A stretch of 64,000 bases of DNA, taken from positions 16,988,001-17,052,000 of the forward strand of contig JAQFVV010000010.1 of NCBI GenBank assembly GCA_028023455.1, in the 5' to 3' direction. A model generated the notes under the pieces. The model was not told the DNA's origin, ran no database searches, and saw nothing but the letters and a program-made list of their open reading frames with translations. The position numbers and the translations under genes were made by a program. Shown here one piece after another: positions 26,421 through 39,349 of this stretch (within the stretch, counting starts at the first letter, position 1; each line of letters begins with the position of its first letter). This stretch comes from Epiperipatus broadwayi. Taxonomy: Eukaryota > Animalia > Onychophora.

Positions 26421-28699
26421 TCAAATAAATCAGCAGCAACAAGTAAAAAACATTATAGATTTGATCAACCAATACAAGCATACACCGGATGTACACACCA
26501 GTTTGTACACATGTATATCAAATATATGAATTTTCTCAAATTTCATATAACTTTTAGCATTATATTTAAAAAACATTTTAGTATGTGGAATTAATAAATA
26601 TGATTGTATATAGCACTCCAAGAAAGAAATATGGCTGCTACTGTATTATAAAATTTATTAAGTTTACGAATTTTAATGTATTTTTTTTAAAAAACATGAT
26701 TATATAAGTTGTATTTTTATATTGGACTATTTCCATCATCTAATATGCATATTGAATGTCTAGAAAAATTTAACTTTATTTAAATATTCCAAATACATTC
26801 AAGTGTTAGTAATAGCACATCAAACAGGTTACATAAGGTGTTCTGAAATAAGAAAATGGTTATTGGCATATTAATTTTATAAATTTTAATGTTTTTTTTC
26901 CTTCAGTTATTTATATTTTTCTGTTGGATAGCATATAACTGAAATAGTGTACATTTATACAGTGTATTTTGCTGCGTCCCTGTACAATTTATTTTATGAT
27001 TTTCTTAATTTTAAAAAAACCTACATTAATTTGGTAAATAAGAGTTTTTAATATACAAAATTTAAAAAACCCATCTTGATAAATAAGCCATATATAAAAT
27101 ATTCTAAAGATGCATATCTATAAAAAAAATTTAAATGAATGCCTATTACTTGAAGCACTTTAAAATATATAAGATAAATACAATAATATTGATAAAAAGT
27201 CAACTTTACCATGTAATTTCATCATAAACTTAATCAAAATCTTAAAAGATTATAGCTTGAAAATAAAATTTAGTCGAATAAAATACATATTTATATACAA
27301 ATTATAATAAACTATTTTAATTTCTTTATTTAAAAATAAAATGAATCCTTAATTTTCATGATTGTTATATTCCAGAACACATTTTAAATTTTAATTTAAT
27401 AATAGGCCTAAGGATGGTATATTACCTCTAGAATTTCTATTTCTTTGAAAACTATTAGGTAATACAATCAATGAAGATTAATTTAATAAAAATGTTAATA
27501 TTTACACTAATTATTAAAGAAATAAATCAATAAATATATTGATTGATTTAAATAAAAAATGTATTCTCCCACGTTTGCAAACTTCAAAGATAATACAATG
27601 ATTCACAATTATGGTCCAAAATTCTATAAATGATAATAATAAACAATATGTTTAGAAACAGAATAGGCCATTTATTTACTTTTTAAGTATTTATTAACCA
27701 GTATAAGAAATTGGCTAAATACATAGTTCTTTCTTTATTAGAAGACAAAGAAGTCTAAGATGCGCTGACAGTCTCTTATAAATAAAACCATGATCATTCA
27801 TTTACTATTAAATTAATCTTGATTATTAATAATATTCTTTGATAATACATAATTTAAAAATAAATAATAGAACTATTTTTATTATTAAAATATTTTTTTA
27901 TTTACTAATCAATACAAAAACATAATTTGGCATGTTATAATTTTTTTATTATTAGAAAATTAGAAACTCCAAAGAAAATGAATGTTTAAAGTTCATTTTA
28001 ATTTATTTTAGATGCAATAAAGACATTTCAAATGAGTTACCCAAAATAAATTAACTCTGCCCTTGTCCTTAAAAATATTTTACCCATTCTGAATATTTCC
28101 AGAGATTTTATCCATTACTGCTTTTCTTTAATAATTACACTTTTTTAAAAAATATATATATAAAAATGATGCAATTAAACATTTATTTATTATAGTTGGT
28201 CATTGAATAAAGTCTAAGTCCTTGCTTCCAGAATGCTCTATTCTGATAGTATTCTTGCATTGTATCTTTGTCATATGTGTAAACACAGATGGAAGGAATT
28301 ATAGAATTAAAAAAGTCTCACCATTGTTTGTATACAGGGCAAATTAAGTATTTCAAAGATATACGCAATAATCTATACAGTATTTTGTCTCAGCAAAATC
28401 CATTTTTACATTAAATTTATAAAGCAATAAAATAGAAAATTATGCTGTGCATAACAGAATATTAGTGGAAAGATATTCCTAACAGCCAATACAAAAAATT
28501 TTACTGCTTATTGAATGATTTTTATTAATATAGTCAATTTGATATTATCATTCAAGTACTATTGATAATATTTTTATTAAAATTATCATATATCAGTAAA
28601 GAACAATATTTCAATGTGCACAGTGCTTCATAATATGTATATTTCTATAAAAAAATATTTTATTTTTTAAACAAATGAGCAAATCTATGGTAAATGTGT

Positions 28700-29500
28700 A
28701 ACTGATTTTTATTGACATCATCATTCAGATCTTTGAGCCTTACTAATAATCAAACAATAATGAAGAGAAGATCAAAAATTTAAATGATAAATTTCAATAC
28801 TAGTTATTAAGCCAAAATATCTTGGTCAAAAGGATGTTAAGAAAAAAGCAAATTATTCCTTCTAATGAGGAAACATTTAAGAAATTCAGGTAGTTTTAAT
28901 GATTTAAATAAAGTGGAAAAGCAACATGACATATCATTAAATTATTTAAAAGTGATTTCATTTAAAACAATTGTAAATATTTTGATTTACAATGGAAAGA
29001 TTTTTAAAAAATTAACAAATAGTAGAATATTTAATTAGATTAAAGTGTCACTTAGAAATACATGAATTATTATAAAGAACTTCAATATTCTTTCAAGAGA
29101 GGTACAACATAAAAAAAAAAAATTAATTTATTTTTGGAGATTTCATAAAAAAAGTTTGAGTATCAGAAATGACTGAACTGGGCTGCAATCTGAATACTCT
29201 GAACCCCAAAATTCTGCTACTGCATCAAACCAAGGAAGACGATTAAGTAATTATGATAAATTATTGTTTTTTAGATTCTGCAAGCATATTTTCTAGACTT
29301 TTGAATGGAATACATAATGATTAATAATTTCTATTGAAAATGTTCTTAATATTTCTAATGAAGTAAAAAGTGTTTCATTTGTTGTAAAATCACTTGGTAG
29401 AAATATTTCTTATTAATTATGCTTAAGTACTATTTAAATGGAAAAGTTAATGAACAATTTATAGAATTTGCAGATAAAAAAAAGATTTAACATTTTTAAT
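28700..29500 (+). mobile_element. Possible heavily decayed Penelope-like RT
   Basis: IYNGKIFKK and LLNGIHND resemble PLE RT FNG.FY.Q and LN..H..I.FT motifs; very degraded. Confidence 0.27.
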
Positions 29501-30098
29501 TGCAATTAATAATGAAAGAATTATTAAAATACTTCTTGAATGTTTGAGACAATTTTAGAAAAATTTGACAAATGAGACACAGACATTTACCATGACAATA
29601 TAACTATATAACACAAAATGATTTCAACTTTTGTTTTCTTTCATCTATTTTTGCTGATATTTTTTCCTTAATGACTTTCTACATTATATTTTTCAAAATA
29701 AAACTAATAACATAAAATACTATTCAATAAAAATACACACATGAAAAAAAAAATTGTTTGTGAATATAATCAGTTCAAAGATAATTCAAAGGAAATATGT
29801 ATAGGTTTTAGAACAAAAAAATATAAGGAAACCAAAATGAAATTAAAAGGTTTATTTTTGAAAATTTGGATAATCTTTTCCTATAATAGGGGGAGAGCAG
29901 TTAAAAAATTGTCTAATTTACTTGTTCTCCAACTGATTGTGATATTGCACAAAATTCTCTTATATTTATGATAGACATGAATTTTTAAGGTTAAGAAAAA
30001 AATTAAATATTCAAAATTCAGATGATTTAAAGAGTAAAATATATCATACCATTTACACCTTTCTTAAACACTTTATCAATACTTTTATTTATATCAAA

Positions 30099-30140
30099 TT
30101 AACAGTTTCGACTGTCCTGCATGCATCATCAGAGCTACAG
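30099..30140 (-). ncRNA. Decayed hammerhead-like motif
   Basis: Minus strand CTGATGA-TGCATGCAGGACAGTC-GAAAC-T-GTT; core intact but stems I and II do not pair well. Confidence 0.33.
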
Positions 30141-30299
30141 TATTCAAATATATAATTATACAATTAATACACTTATCTACTTATTCATATACATAATTAA
30201 TTGTACAATATAAACAAAAATAAATATACATTTTAATTTGACCATTATAAATAATCATTTCCCATTTTATTATCTTAACCTTTTGGTATTCAAATTACA

Positions 30300-31132
30300 T
30301 ATATAGGTCAGTCTTAAGCATTTAGAAATGAGAATGTGAAGATTTTAATCAATCATTTTTAATTTCATACAGTATATAGCAAATTTTTTACAATTTACCG
30401 CATGTCAGTATTAGATGTAATAACCATAAGGGAATCACTGCTCACACATGTGCTATAATTTTATAAGATTAAGAAATACTCTCACTCTAAACAAAAGTCT
30501 TTGAAAAGTTAAAAATGAATTCACTTTTATTTTTTTTACCTAAATTATATATATAGGCTAATCTTAAGCATTTAAAAATGAGAGTGTGCAGTAAATTGTA
30601 AAAATTTCACAAAAGTCATTTATTAATATATAGTGAATGGAATTAAAAGTGATTGAATAAGACCTTCATATTCCCATTTCTAAATAGTTAAAATTGACGT
30701 ATATATAAAATTTAGGTAAAAAAGTTTAGGTGGATTCATTCTTATTTTTTCAAAGACTCTTATCTTATGTTTAGAGTGGGAGTATTCCTCAATCTTATAA
30801 AATTTATACAGCACATATATATATATGAGATGATTTCCTTATGACTATTACAAATAAAACATGGTGCTAGATAAATAAATAATTACTTATATATATTTAA
30901 TATTACATTTAATACTGACATGCAGTAAATTGTAAAATTTTTGCAAATGTCATTTATCAATATATAGTGAATGGAATTACAAGTGATCGATTAGGACCTT
31001 CATGCTCTCATTTCTAAATGCCTAAGACTGTCCTATATATATAATTTAGGTAAAAAAGATAAGGTGGATTCATTTCATTCTTTTCCAAGACTCTATCTTA
31101 TATTTAGGGTGAGAATATTCTTTAATCTTATA
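30300..31132. repeat. Foldback array of a 255-335 bp unit (forward then inverted tandem copies)
   Basis: Forward unit 30300-30553 plus start of a second copy to about 30585; orientation switch near 30586; reverse partial, full and partial copies to 31132. Confidence 0.82.
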
Positions 31133-31578
31133 ATAATAATAAATTAAAGGTCTGAAATAAATCTTGTCCAATCATATACAAACTATTATAGTCTGATAGT
31201 GAATTATTTATAAATATTACATAGATAGTATGTGTCTCAATATATTGAAAGCAAAACTATATGATTAAATTATGCAGATATAGATACATGCACACACACA
31301 GAAATCTTTTAATGCAAAAAATTATTTCACTATAAATCTAGACTAAATTGACCAAAATATAAACATATATATATATATATGCACATAATGTGCAATTTAC
31401 AATAAATATGAAAGATTCCAATTCTTGATTAATTTATTAAAAAACATAAAACTAATTATTCTATATATAAACCTGTATATGTATGCACACACACATTTTA
31501 TAAAATAAAAAATATTTAAATTATTAAAATCAATTTATCCTTTAAATTATAAGACCAAATTGTTTTACAATACAACCC

Positions 31579-31653
31579 TTGCTTACACAAACATCATTTG
31601 ATCACTATGTACCTCCTGGGAATTGCTTACACAAACATATTTGATCACTATGT
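31579..31653. repeat. 31-32 bp direct repeat with 12-nt spacer
   Basis: TTGCTTACACAAACAT(C)ATTTGATCACTATGT at 31579-31610 and 31623-31653. Confidence 0.85.
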
Positions 31654-32010
31654 TAAATTAAAAATCTTATAAACAAAACAAAAAAACATTTAGACTAAAT
31701 TCTAAATTTAAAGAACTTCTATTCAGTTGTTTAAAATTGTTCTTTTCACTTTAAGATTAGAAATTGGGTTGATATTCTCAAGTTTTCTTAAAATTTTTAG
31801 TTTCAAAAGGAATTTTATTGATAAAAACAGTATATTACAAAAGGAATGAAAAAAAAAACACAATATAAAAAACTTTACATATTTACAATTTTGTTAGAAT
31901 TAAAAACAAAAAAAATACATATTGTTAAGCATACAATATTGTAATGAATATATCTGACAAAAAATAAGTTATTGAGAAATTATAGTATTATATCTCACTA
32001 TAGATTAGAG

Positions 32011-32426
32011 CAATGGTCTTCAACCTTTTCACACCTGCGGACCGGTAAAAATAAAGATAAGGTTTCGCCGCCCCGCAAAAGTAAGAATAAGGTTTCGCTG
32101 ACCGGCAAGTCTATAGATAAATTTTCTTAAAGATATAAACTGCTTAGCTTTAGATGAGCATAATTGTTATAACTGATCAAAACAGCAATGTGTATACAAG
32201 ATGAAATTATATATATATGGAGTTTGTATAATAAAAAACTTAATTTTACCTCCCCCCCCCCATAAACATTCGTTCTGTTTCTTTTTTTTTAATTGGGTAA
32301 AAATGAGATGAAAAAAAAAATAAAAATTGTTTATATTAATTAAAAGTTTAAACTCTTATTATTTTGTTATTACAAACTTTCCTGTGGCCAGGCACCAGTC
32401 GGCGGACCAAGGGTTGAAGACCACTG
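32011..32426. mobile_element. hAT (Buster/Charlie-type) MITE
   Basis: 15-bp TIRs CAATGGTCTTCAACC and rc CAGTGGTCTTCAACC; perfect 8-bp TSD GATTAGAG with central TA (32003-32010, 32427-32434). Confidence 0.92.
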
Positions 32427-33055
32427 GATTAGAGGAGTGATGAATAAGTGACCATGTCTGCAAATATATCTGGATAAGAAATTTTTTTTTGTCTCTGTTT
32501 AATTGTATCTACTTTGTTTTTAAATGTGTTCAGGTGTCTTGTAAAACCTTTGTAAAGAAATAAGTATCCTGTGCATCACAGAACATGAAGTATAAATGTG
32601 ATGGTCCTCATTTCTACAAAGCAAGTTTTGAAAAAAAAAAAAATAATTGATTGAATTGTACTATTATTTTTGTGATGTATTTTTGTGAGTGAAATTTTTA
32701 TAAAAGTTGTTCCATAATCAGGATAAAATTCTGTGTTCACATTTATATGAGTTTTATTAATTTTCTACATGAAAAAGATACCATAACTCAGTCATGTGAT
32801 TTTTTTTTTAAAAGTATGTGTGAGAATTTGCTGTGTATGGTTATCAAAACTCTATAGCACAAGCCTATGAAATAAAAGTTTCAAGATTTTATCGTGAAAA
32901 AAAAGCGGAAATTATTTACATATACGTTTATTGATCCAAATAATATATGATAGAACACAGCCTGGAGTTAACTGTAGTTATTTTACTATGTTTGCAAAAG
33001 TAATTTTTCAGATGCCATGACGGTAATTCATTTAAGATATGAAATGGATTCATTA

Positions 33056-33294
33056 TTGAAGCTTAGCATCATATATATATATAACTTAAGAATTCTAATT
33101 ATTTTATTCAAGTTTGTTAGATAATTATTTTTAGCATTTCTATGCAATCTATTTATTTTATTTCTGAGATATTCCTTTGAAGTCTAGCACCATATATACA
33201 ACTTAAGGATTCTAATTATTTTATTACAAGTTTGTTAAATAATTATTTTTAGCATTTCTAGCAATCTACTTATTTTATTTCTAAGATATTCTTT
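33056..33294. repeat. Tandem duplication of about 120 bp
   Basis: Units 33056-33176 and 33177-33294 align throughout with scattered substitutions. Confidence 0.87.
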
Positions 33295-35394
33295 AAGATA
33301 ATCTTTATTTATAAATATACATACTTATTAGTTATATGTGCATTAATCAACAATATTATCTATTGTGTAATATGTTGTTTACATATGTTTCATGTCATAA
33401 GTAATATATATTAATGCCACAATATAATATACATTAGGTCAGAAAGATTAGATTTAAATTGAAATAAAAAATAAATATATTCATGTAAGTTAAGAAGCTA
33501 TACTTTAAATAAAGTTATATATTAAATAATTAAATAGTTATGTATTCCAAGAGCAAATTAACAAATTATTTAGTTGTATTTGAAACTTAAATATAACCTA
33601 TAATAATTTTAGAACTGAATAATAAACTTCTACAATTTCAGTACTATAAGAAGTAATTATTATTCCATGTGAATATTGAAAAAACCATCAAATAGTAGCT
33701 GCAATAGCCTTTATTAAAAATTTTTGGAATAAAGCACAATAAACTCACAACTGACATGTCATACATCCAAACCTACTGAGTTATTCATTTCGTGATAAAT
33801 AGAAGTCATAGTTAGAAATGCTAAGAAATCTTTTTGTCCAAGTAATTTGGTCAGAATATATTATAGTGGTCATAAATGCATAGCTAACATGAAAATCACC
33901 CAAAGGTAATTTGCATGCAACTTCATATTACAACATCACATGACCACAAACTTTTCCATTATAACCTGCTAGACTCAGATGCAAGAGGTTCTGATCATAT
34001 TTTAATTGCCATTATTGATTACAATAAATGACAAATGCTTGAATAATGAGAAATTACAATTTATTTACATATATATACATAATGATAAAAATAATGTAAT
34101 TGACAGAAATCTTTGGGAAACATTAATCTATTGTTTTTTTTTTTTTACCCGGAATTAAATTTAGTATAACAACAACACAATGATCCATTGTTTTATTTAG
34201 CTGCCCTAGCTAGTTTGATGAAAAATCTAATATGATACATTTATTGCCTCGTTATGCATGGACAACATATGACCTATGCATATTCATTGTCTGTGAACAT
34301 AGATGCAGACTTACTGCACAGACTAACTGTAACTACTAATGCTTATTAATATAGCCCAGTTTTAAGATTATTCATCTTATAAGCTTTAGGATATGCTAAA
34401 AATCATTTACTAAACTCTCTATTATAACAACTAGATTAACATAAATACATTCAGGCTGTAATGCTTGGAAAACTAAAACTAAGTGGCGAATAGGAAACTA
34501 AATATCACGTGGGCCAGACACTCTTTAATGTCTGTTTAATACTAATCAAATAATATCAACAAACGCATGGGTGGGAATCAAGCATCTATCTGGCACTAGT
34601 GACTGAAACAAACTAATTGATAGGAATGAGTATCTACCTGCTAAATAATGATAATAATAAATGGCAGGAACAACATCTGCATTATGAATGATCAAAGAAT
34701 ATAAAAAAAAAACATGATATACAGTAGGAATGTGCATCCACTGAATAAATATGGCTCAAACTAGGCCACTGAGTGCAATCAGCAAACCAGTACATCTGCT
34801 TCACCTTCATTTCTGGACAAAAAAACTTTATATAAGTAAAACAGACTGAAATAATAGTACATGAGCTTGAGATAATTTAATACACATAAATATTCTTTCC
34901 CATGTCTATCTATCCTAAACCTGTGATGGTGTTTGCTTAAAACTGTACACTTTTATAATTATGAAAAATAATCTTTATATCTGACTATCAAGCCCTTTTC
35001 ACTATCCAAAGTCACCAATAAACATTATTTACATTAATGGTTATTCAAATTCTTAATACATTGAAGGCCAAAATGATCATTATTAAAAATAATTAAAATA
35101 ATACTAAAGAAACATTTAGCGAATGGTGAGGGTTTGCAATAATTGAATTGTTTTCTTATATTTCTTTTTAGGTTACCTTGACCATTCTGTGGCACATCTA
35201 ATAAAATTAAGCAAGCCATCATGAATCTCTAAACATGTATATATATTTAAGAAAAATAAATCACAACAAAATTTAGTATAAATGAAATATACAGATATAG
35301 GAGATTAAATATCTAATATTAGTGAAATAAAGTTATAATAGTATATAATTAAAGTTCATACAAATTACTTTTTTCATCATTAATAAATAGTTTA

Positions 35395-35750
35395 TGTTCT
35401 GAAATCAGATATCTGAAGACTTTTGTGGCACAGTAAGTGTAACATAGCTATGTTTGCTAGTATTCTGCGAAGCTTCTGTGATCATTCTAGCTGACTGATA
35501 TGGTCTGTTTTATTCAATGGGCAGCCACTGATGGTGCTTCTCTCACTGAATTATGACTGGTTTCTCCCCTGAAGCTATAGACACTTTTGAAGTTAGGCGG
35601 CATACAGTTAGCATATAATCTGAGCACAACAATCATTGTAATGGTTGTTTAGTACATACGGTAACTTCTCTTCTTCAAGATGAAACTAAACTCGCACTCT
35701 GCTGGCTTAGAGTGAAGCAGACAGTGGGCTTCTCTTATTATATTTTAACA
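35395..35750. mobile_element. Possible solo LTR
   Basis: GC-richer block bounded by TGTT...AACA; no TSD found. Confidence 0.27.
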
Positions 35751-36571
35751 CTACTTCTAATAGTCAAGAAAGGATGAATAAACAAAGAATCAAAGCATAA
35801 GCATAATATAATCAGGCATACATATAATAATCGATTTTTTGAGACACCTATTTATAGTTCACTGAGTTGCCTTATTTTTCATCGTTATTCAATTTCAGGA
35901 CCCATCCACTGGTTGTAGATTAGTCCATTACTTCACTGTGGTCCATGGTTTGCTAACCAACTACAGACTTTACAAAATTTAGCTTTGACAAGAGATTATA
36001 ATAAAATAAAAGACAATATTTATCTCCTAATTAGCTGGTCTGATTATCTAGAATTTAATTGCTTTTATAAACATAATGTCATTTCAACCCACCTAATTAT
36101 AAAATACCTTTAAAATTGTTTTAAATTATTTAAGTCGATTTAAAATTAAAGTTTATGGTCAAATATATTTTATCCACGCACATACTTATAAATATTCTAC
36201 TTAATAAATAATATTATTATAAAATCTTTAATTTAAAAATTCCTAACGAATTTTTAAAATTACATACATGAAATGCATATATATCGCTTCAATATAATAG
36301 TATACTTATTAATATGTAATACAATAGAGATCAGATATATAAAAAAGAAATTTTTTATCTAATAAATAGATTAGCACTGAATAAGATAAGTGAATGTTAT
36401 TTCCATATACATTTAAATAATTTTTTTTGAAATCTGGCCTGCAAATTATCATAGTAATGTAATTAGAATTTCAATACCAGTGTAACTTTAAATAAACTCA
36501 AGTACAATTGAAGATAACAAAACAAATTTATTCAATGTTAAGTAATAAAATAGAAAAAGAAACAGAGAGTA

Positions 36572-38895
36572 CAGGCAGTCCCCTAGTAACAAACTTAATT
36601 GGTTCCTGATGTGTTTGGAAATTGAAATTGTTTGAAAGTAGAGGTATGTAAAAAAAAAAACATCAAAAAGGGTTTTTAAAATACAGTAGTTATTTTTTAT
36701 TGATTAGTATCTGGAGTTCTCTTGATAAAGAATTCTGTAACATCGTTGTTGTTTTTTTCTATTAACCTCCATACACAAGATATACACTCTCCACTGGGAT
36801 CACATTCTTCCATGATGGTCAAAAATTTGTCAAGATACATATTCTTGATTGTCAAACTCTTAACAATAAGTTCATTAACAGGTTCTTCTTAATTTTGCAT
36901 TTCATTCATCTCTTGTAGTTTAAACAAGTCTTCATTTGACAGAGGTTCTGAGTGAGGTTACATTAACTCATCAATATCTTCATCAGTAACATCTAAATTT
37001 AATTCATCCATTATATTGACTATTTCAGTTATGATATCTTCAGGAGTTTCTTCAATGTCTATAGAAGCATTCATCATTTGTGAATATATATATATTTTCC
37101 AACAACTCACCAATATCTTTATCTTCAATGTCTATAGAAGCATTCATCATTTGTGAATATATATATATTTTCCAACAACTGATCAATATCTTCATCAGAG
37201 ACATCTAAATTTAATTTATTCATTATATTGACTATTTCAGTTATGATATTTCCAGGAGTTTCTTCAATTGTCTATAGAAGCATTCATCATCATCTGTAGA
37301 TATATATATTTTTCCAACAATCTTTCATTGTTGACTCTCTTATTTCAGTCTACGCATTCCCAATAATATCTATTGCATTCCATATATAACTTTTTCAAAA
37401 ATTTCTTAATGTAGGCCCATCTTCCTTGTCAATTGCCTTGATTTCTTGAGTCATTAATCTTCTCATATAATACCACTTAAAAGTAGCTATCACAGTTTGG
37501 TCCATATGTTGTATTTCACTTGTAGTATTGGGAGGGATAAACACAACATTAACTTCTGGATATAAATTTTGCAGGGATTTTGGATGTCCAGGAGAATTGT
37601 CTAAGAGCAATAGTGTTTTAAATGGTAAATTATTCTCACTACAATATTGCCTAACAGAAGGCACAAAATGATGTGAGAACCAATCTTGAAAGAGCTGTGT
37701 AGTAGCATAGGCTTTAGTATTTGATTTCCAAATGACTGGAAGCATTCTTTTATCTTTTCCTTTCAATGCTTGCTTCAATTTAAAACCATCAGCTAAATTG
37801 TCTCCAAGAAGCAATGTTAATCTGTTTTTAGAAGGTTTATGCCCAGGTGCAACTGATTCTTCCTTTGCTAAATATGTACATGCAGAACATCTTTTTCCAA
37901 AATAATCCTATCTCATCTACATTGAAGACTAGGTATGGAAAATAAGCTCCATCTTCAATGATATTACAGAAAGTGGAAATAAATTCACTGGCAGCTTTCT
38001 TGCACTAGCACCTTCCCCAGTACATTTAATATTATGTAAAGATTATCTCATTTTAAATTTGTGAAATGAGCCATTGCTTGCTACAAATTCAACAGCAGTC
38101 TTAATTTTTTTCTTCCAATCTTCATGCAAACTAAAAGCCTTAGTTTGAATAAATGAGCAACTCACTGGGAGGCATCCATTACTCCACCATGTCTTTTTGA
38201 AACAAACTTTGAAGAAATATTTCTACAATTTTTAACATAGTCCTTAATTTTGTTCTTGTTTTTCACAATTGTATATATTGTTGATCAGTTTAAATTACAT
38301 GAACAAGTGATTGAAGCAAAAGATTCACCATTTTCAGAATATCTAATTATATCCATTTTTGTCTAGACCGTTTGGGGTTTATGAAACCTTGATTTTTTTT
38401 TGGTTGCATCAACACTGCTGTTATTTTGCTTCTCACTCATGTTTTTTATTAATAAGAATAAAAAAAATTCACCAAAACAGAAATATATAAAGTATATATG
38501 TAACGTAATCGCACACAAACTATGTACTTTTAAAAACAAGACGATCCTGTTCAAGACAATCTGTGATGACGTTAAAAATAGAAGTAATTAATGTCAGAAA
38601 GATGTGAAGATTTACTGTATTTTATATAAGTTCTTATTGTTCTCTATCCAAAGTTTATCTTTATTTAGAAAAAATTCAATTACAAATGTATGTAAATAGT
38701 TTTTTTTATCAGATACTGTAAATTTGTAGCGTTAATTACTAAAAGGAATTTTTTTGAATACTCATTTCTTTCTACAATATACAGCAATAATTATACATGA
38801 AATTATGTGCATAGATAAAGATCTAAACTCCAAAAGCAATTAAGTAATAGCAAAAATATTTATAACTCAAGTGTTTGTAACTAGATGACTGCCTG
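36572..38895 (-). mobile_element. Full-length Tigger/pogo DNA transposon with disrupted transposase
   Basis: TIRs CAGGCAGTCCCCTAGTAACAAAC and rc CAGGCAGTCATCTAGTTACAAAC, TA both sides. DDE_1 motifs LLLLDNSPGH, FIPPNTTSEIQHMDQTVIATFK in ORF 37395-37814; HTH relic near 38360; stops and frameshifts. Confidence 0.93.
36969..37320. repeat. Internal tandem duplications inside the Tigger element
   Basis: About 140-bp unit at 36969-37107 and 37182-37320, with a partial 60-bp copy at 37121-37180. Confidence 0.85.
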
Positions 38896-39349
38896 TATTA
38901 GAACTCTCTAAAATCTATAAATAAGCTTCTGCTTGTATGTGTCAATTACTACACATGCACAGTAAATAATTATATCCATTACATTGCGCTTTAAATGAAG
39001 CAAGTTCTTCAATCGCCAATTCTGGTATGACAGCAATCAATATAATAAGTAGACAGTATGCATGATGAACTTTGGCAGTTATCATCTCAACAGTATGCAG
39101 ACAATTCACAGCTAATGTAACATGCAAAACATACCTGCAACTATCACACTTTCTTACACAGACCAATAAGCCCATTTTTGCATAATTATTTCTCATTAAC
39201 ATAACCTATTGCCAATATATATTTAATAGTTTCATTGGCATATGAAGATTTTCTAGGATAGCATAATAAGTTTATTCATAAACTGCTTACACGTAATTAT
39301 ATGAATAAACAATAAACTTTATTTACAGTGCATATATAAACATACAAGT

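Larger units (their letters stand above)
36471..39340. repeat. Unclassified ~550-bp interspersed repeat split by the Tigger insertion
   Basis: 36471-36569 plus 38898-39340 align with the uninterrupted copy at 43688-44265. Confidence 0.78.

Noticed and set aside
33012-33022. 11-nt micro-exon
   Set aside because: Frame-shifting length and expected by chance in AT-rich DNA.
37395-37814. Domesticated TIGD-like gene
   Set aside because: The ORF lies between intact TIRs and the rest of the transposase has stops, frameshifts and duplications.
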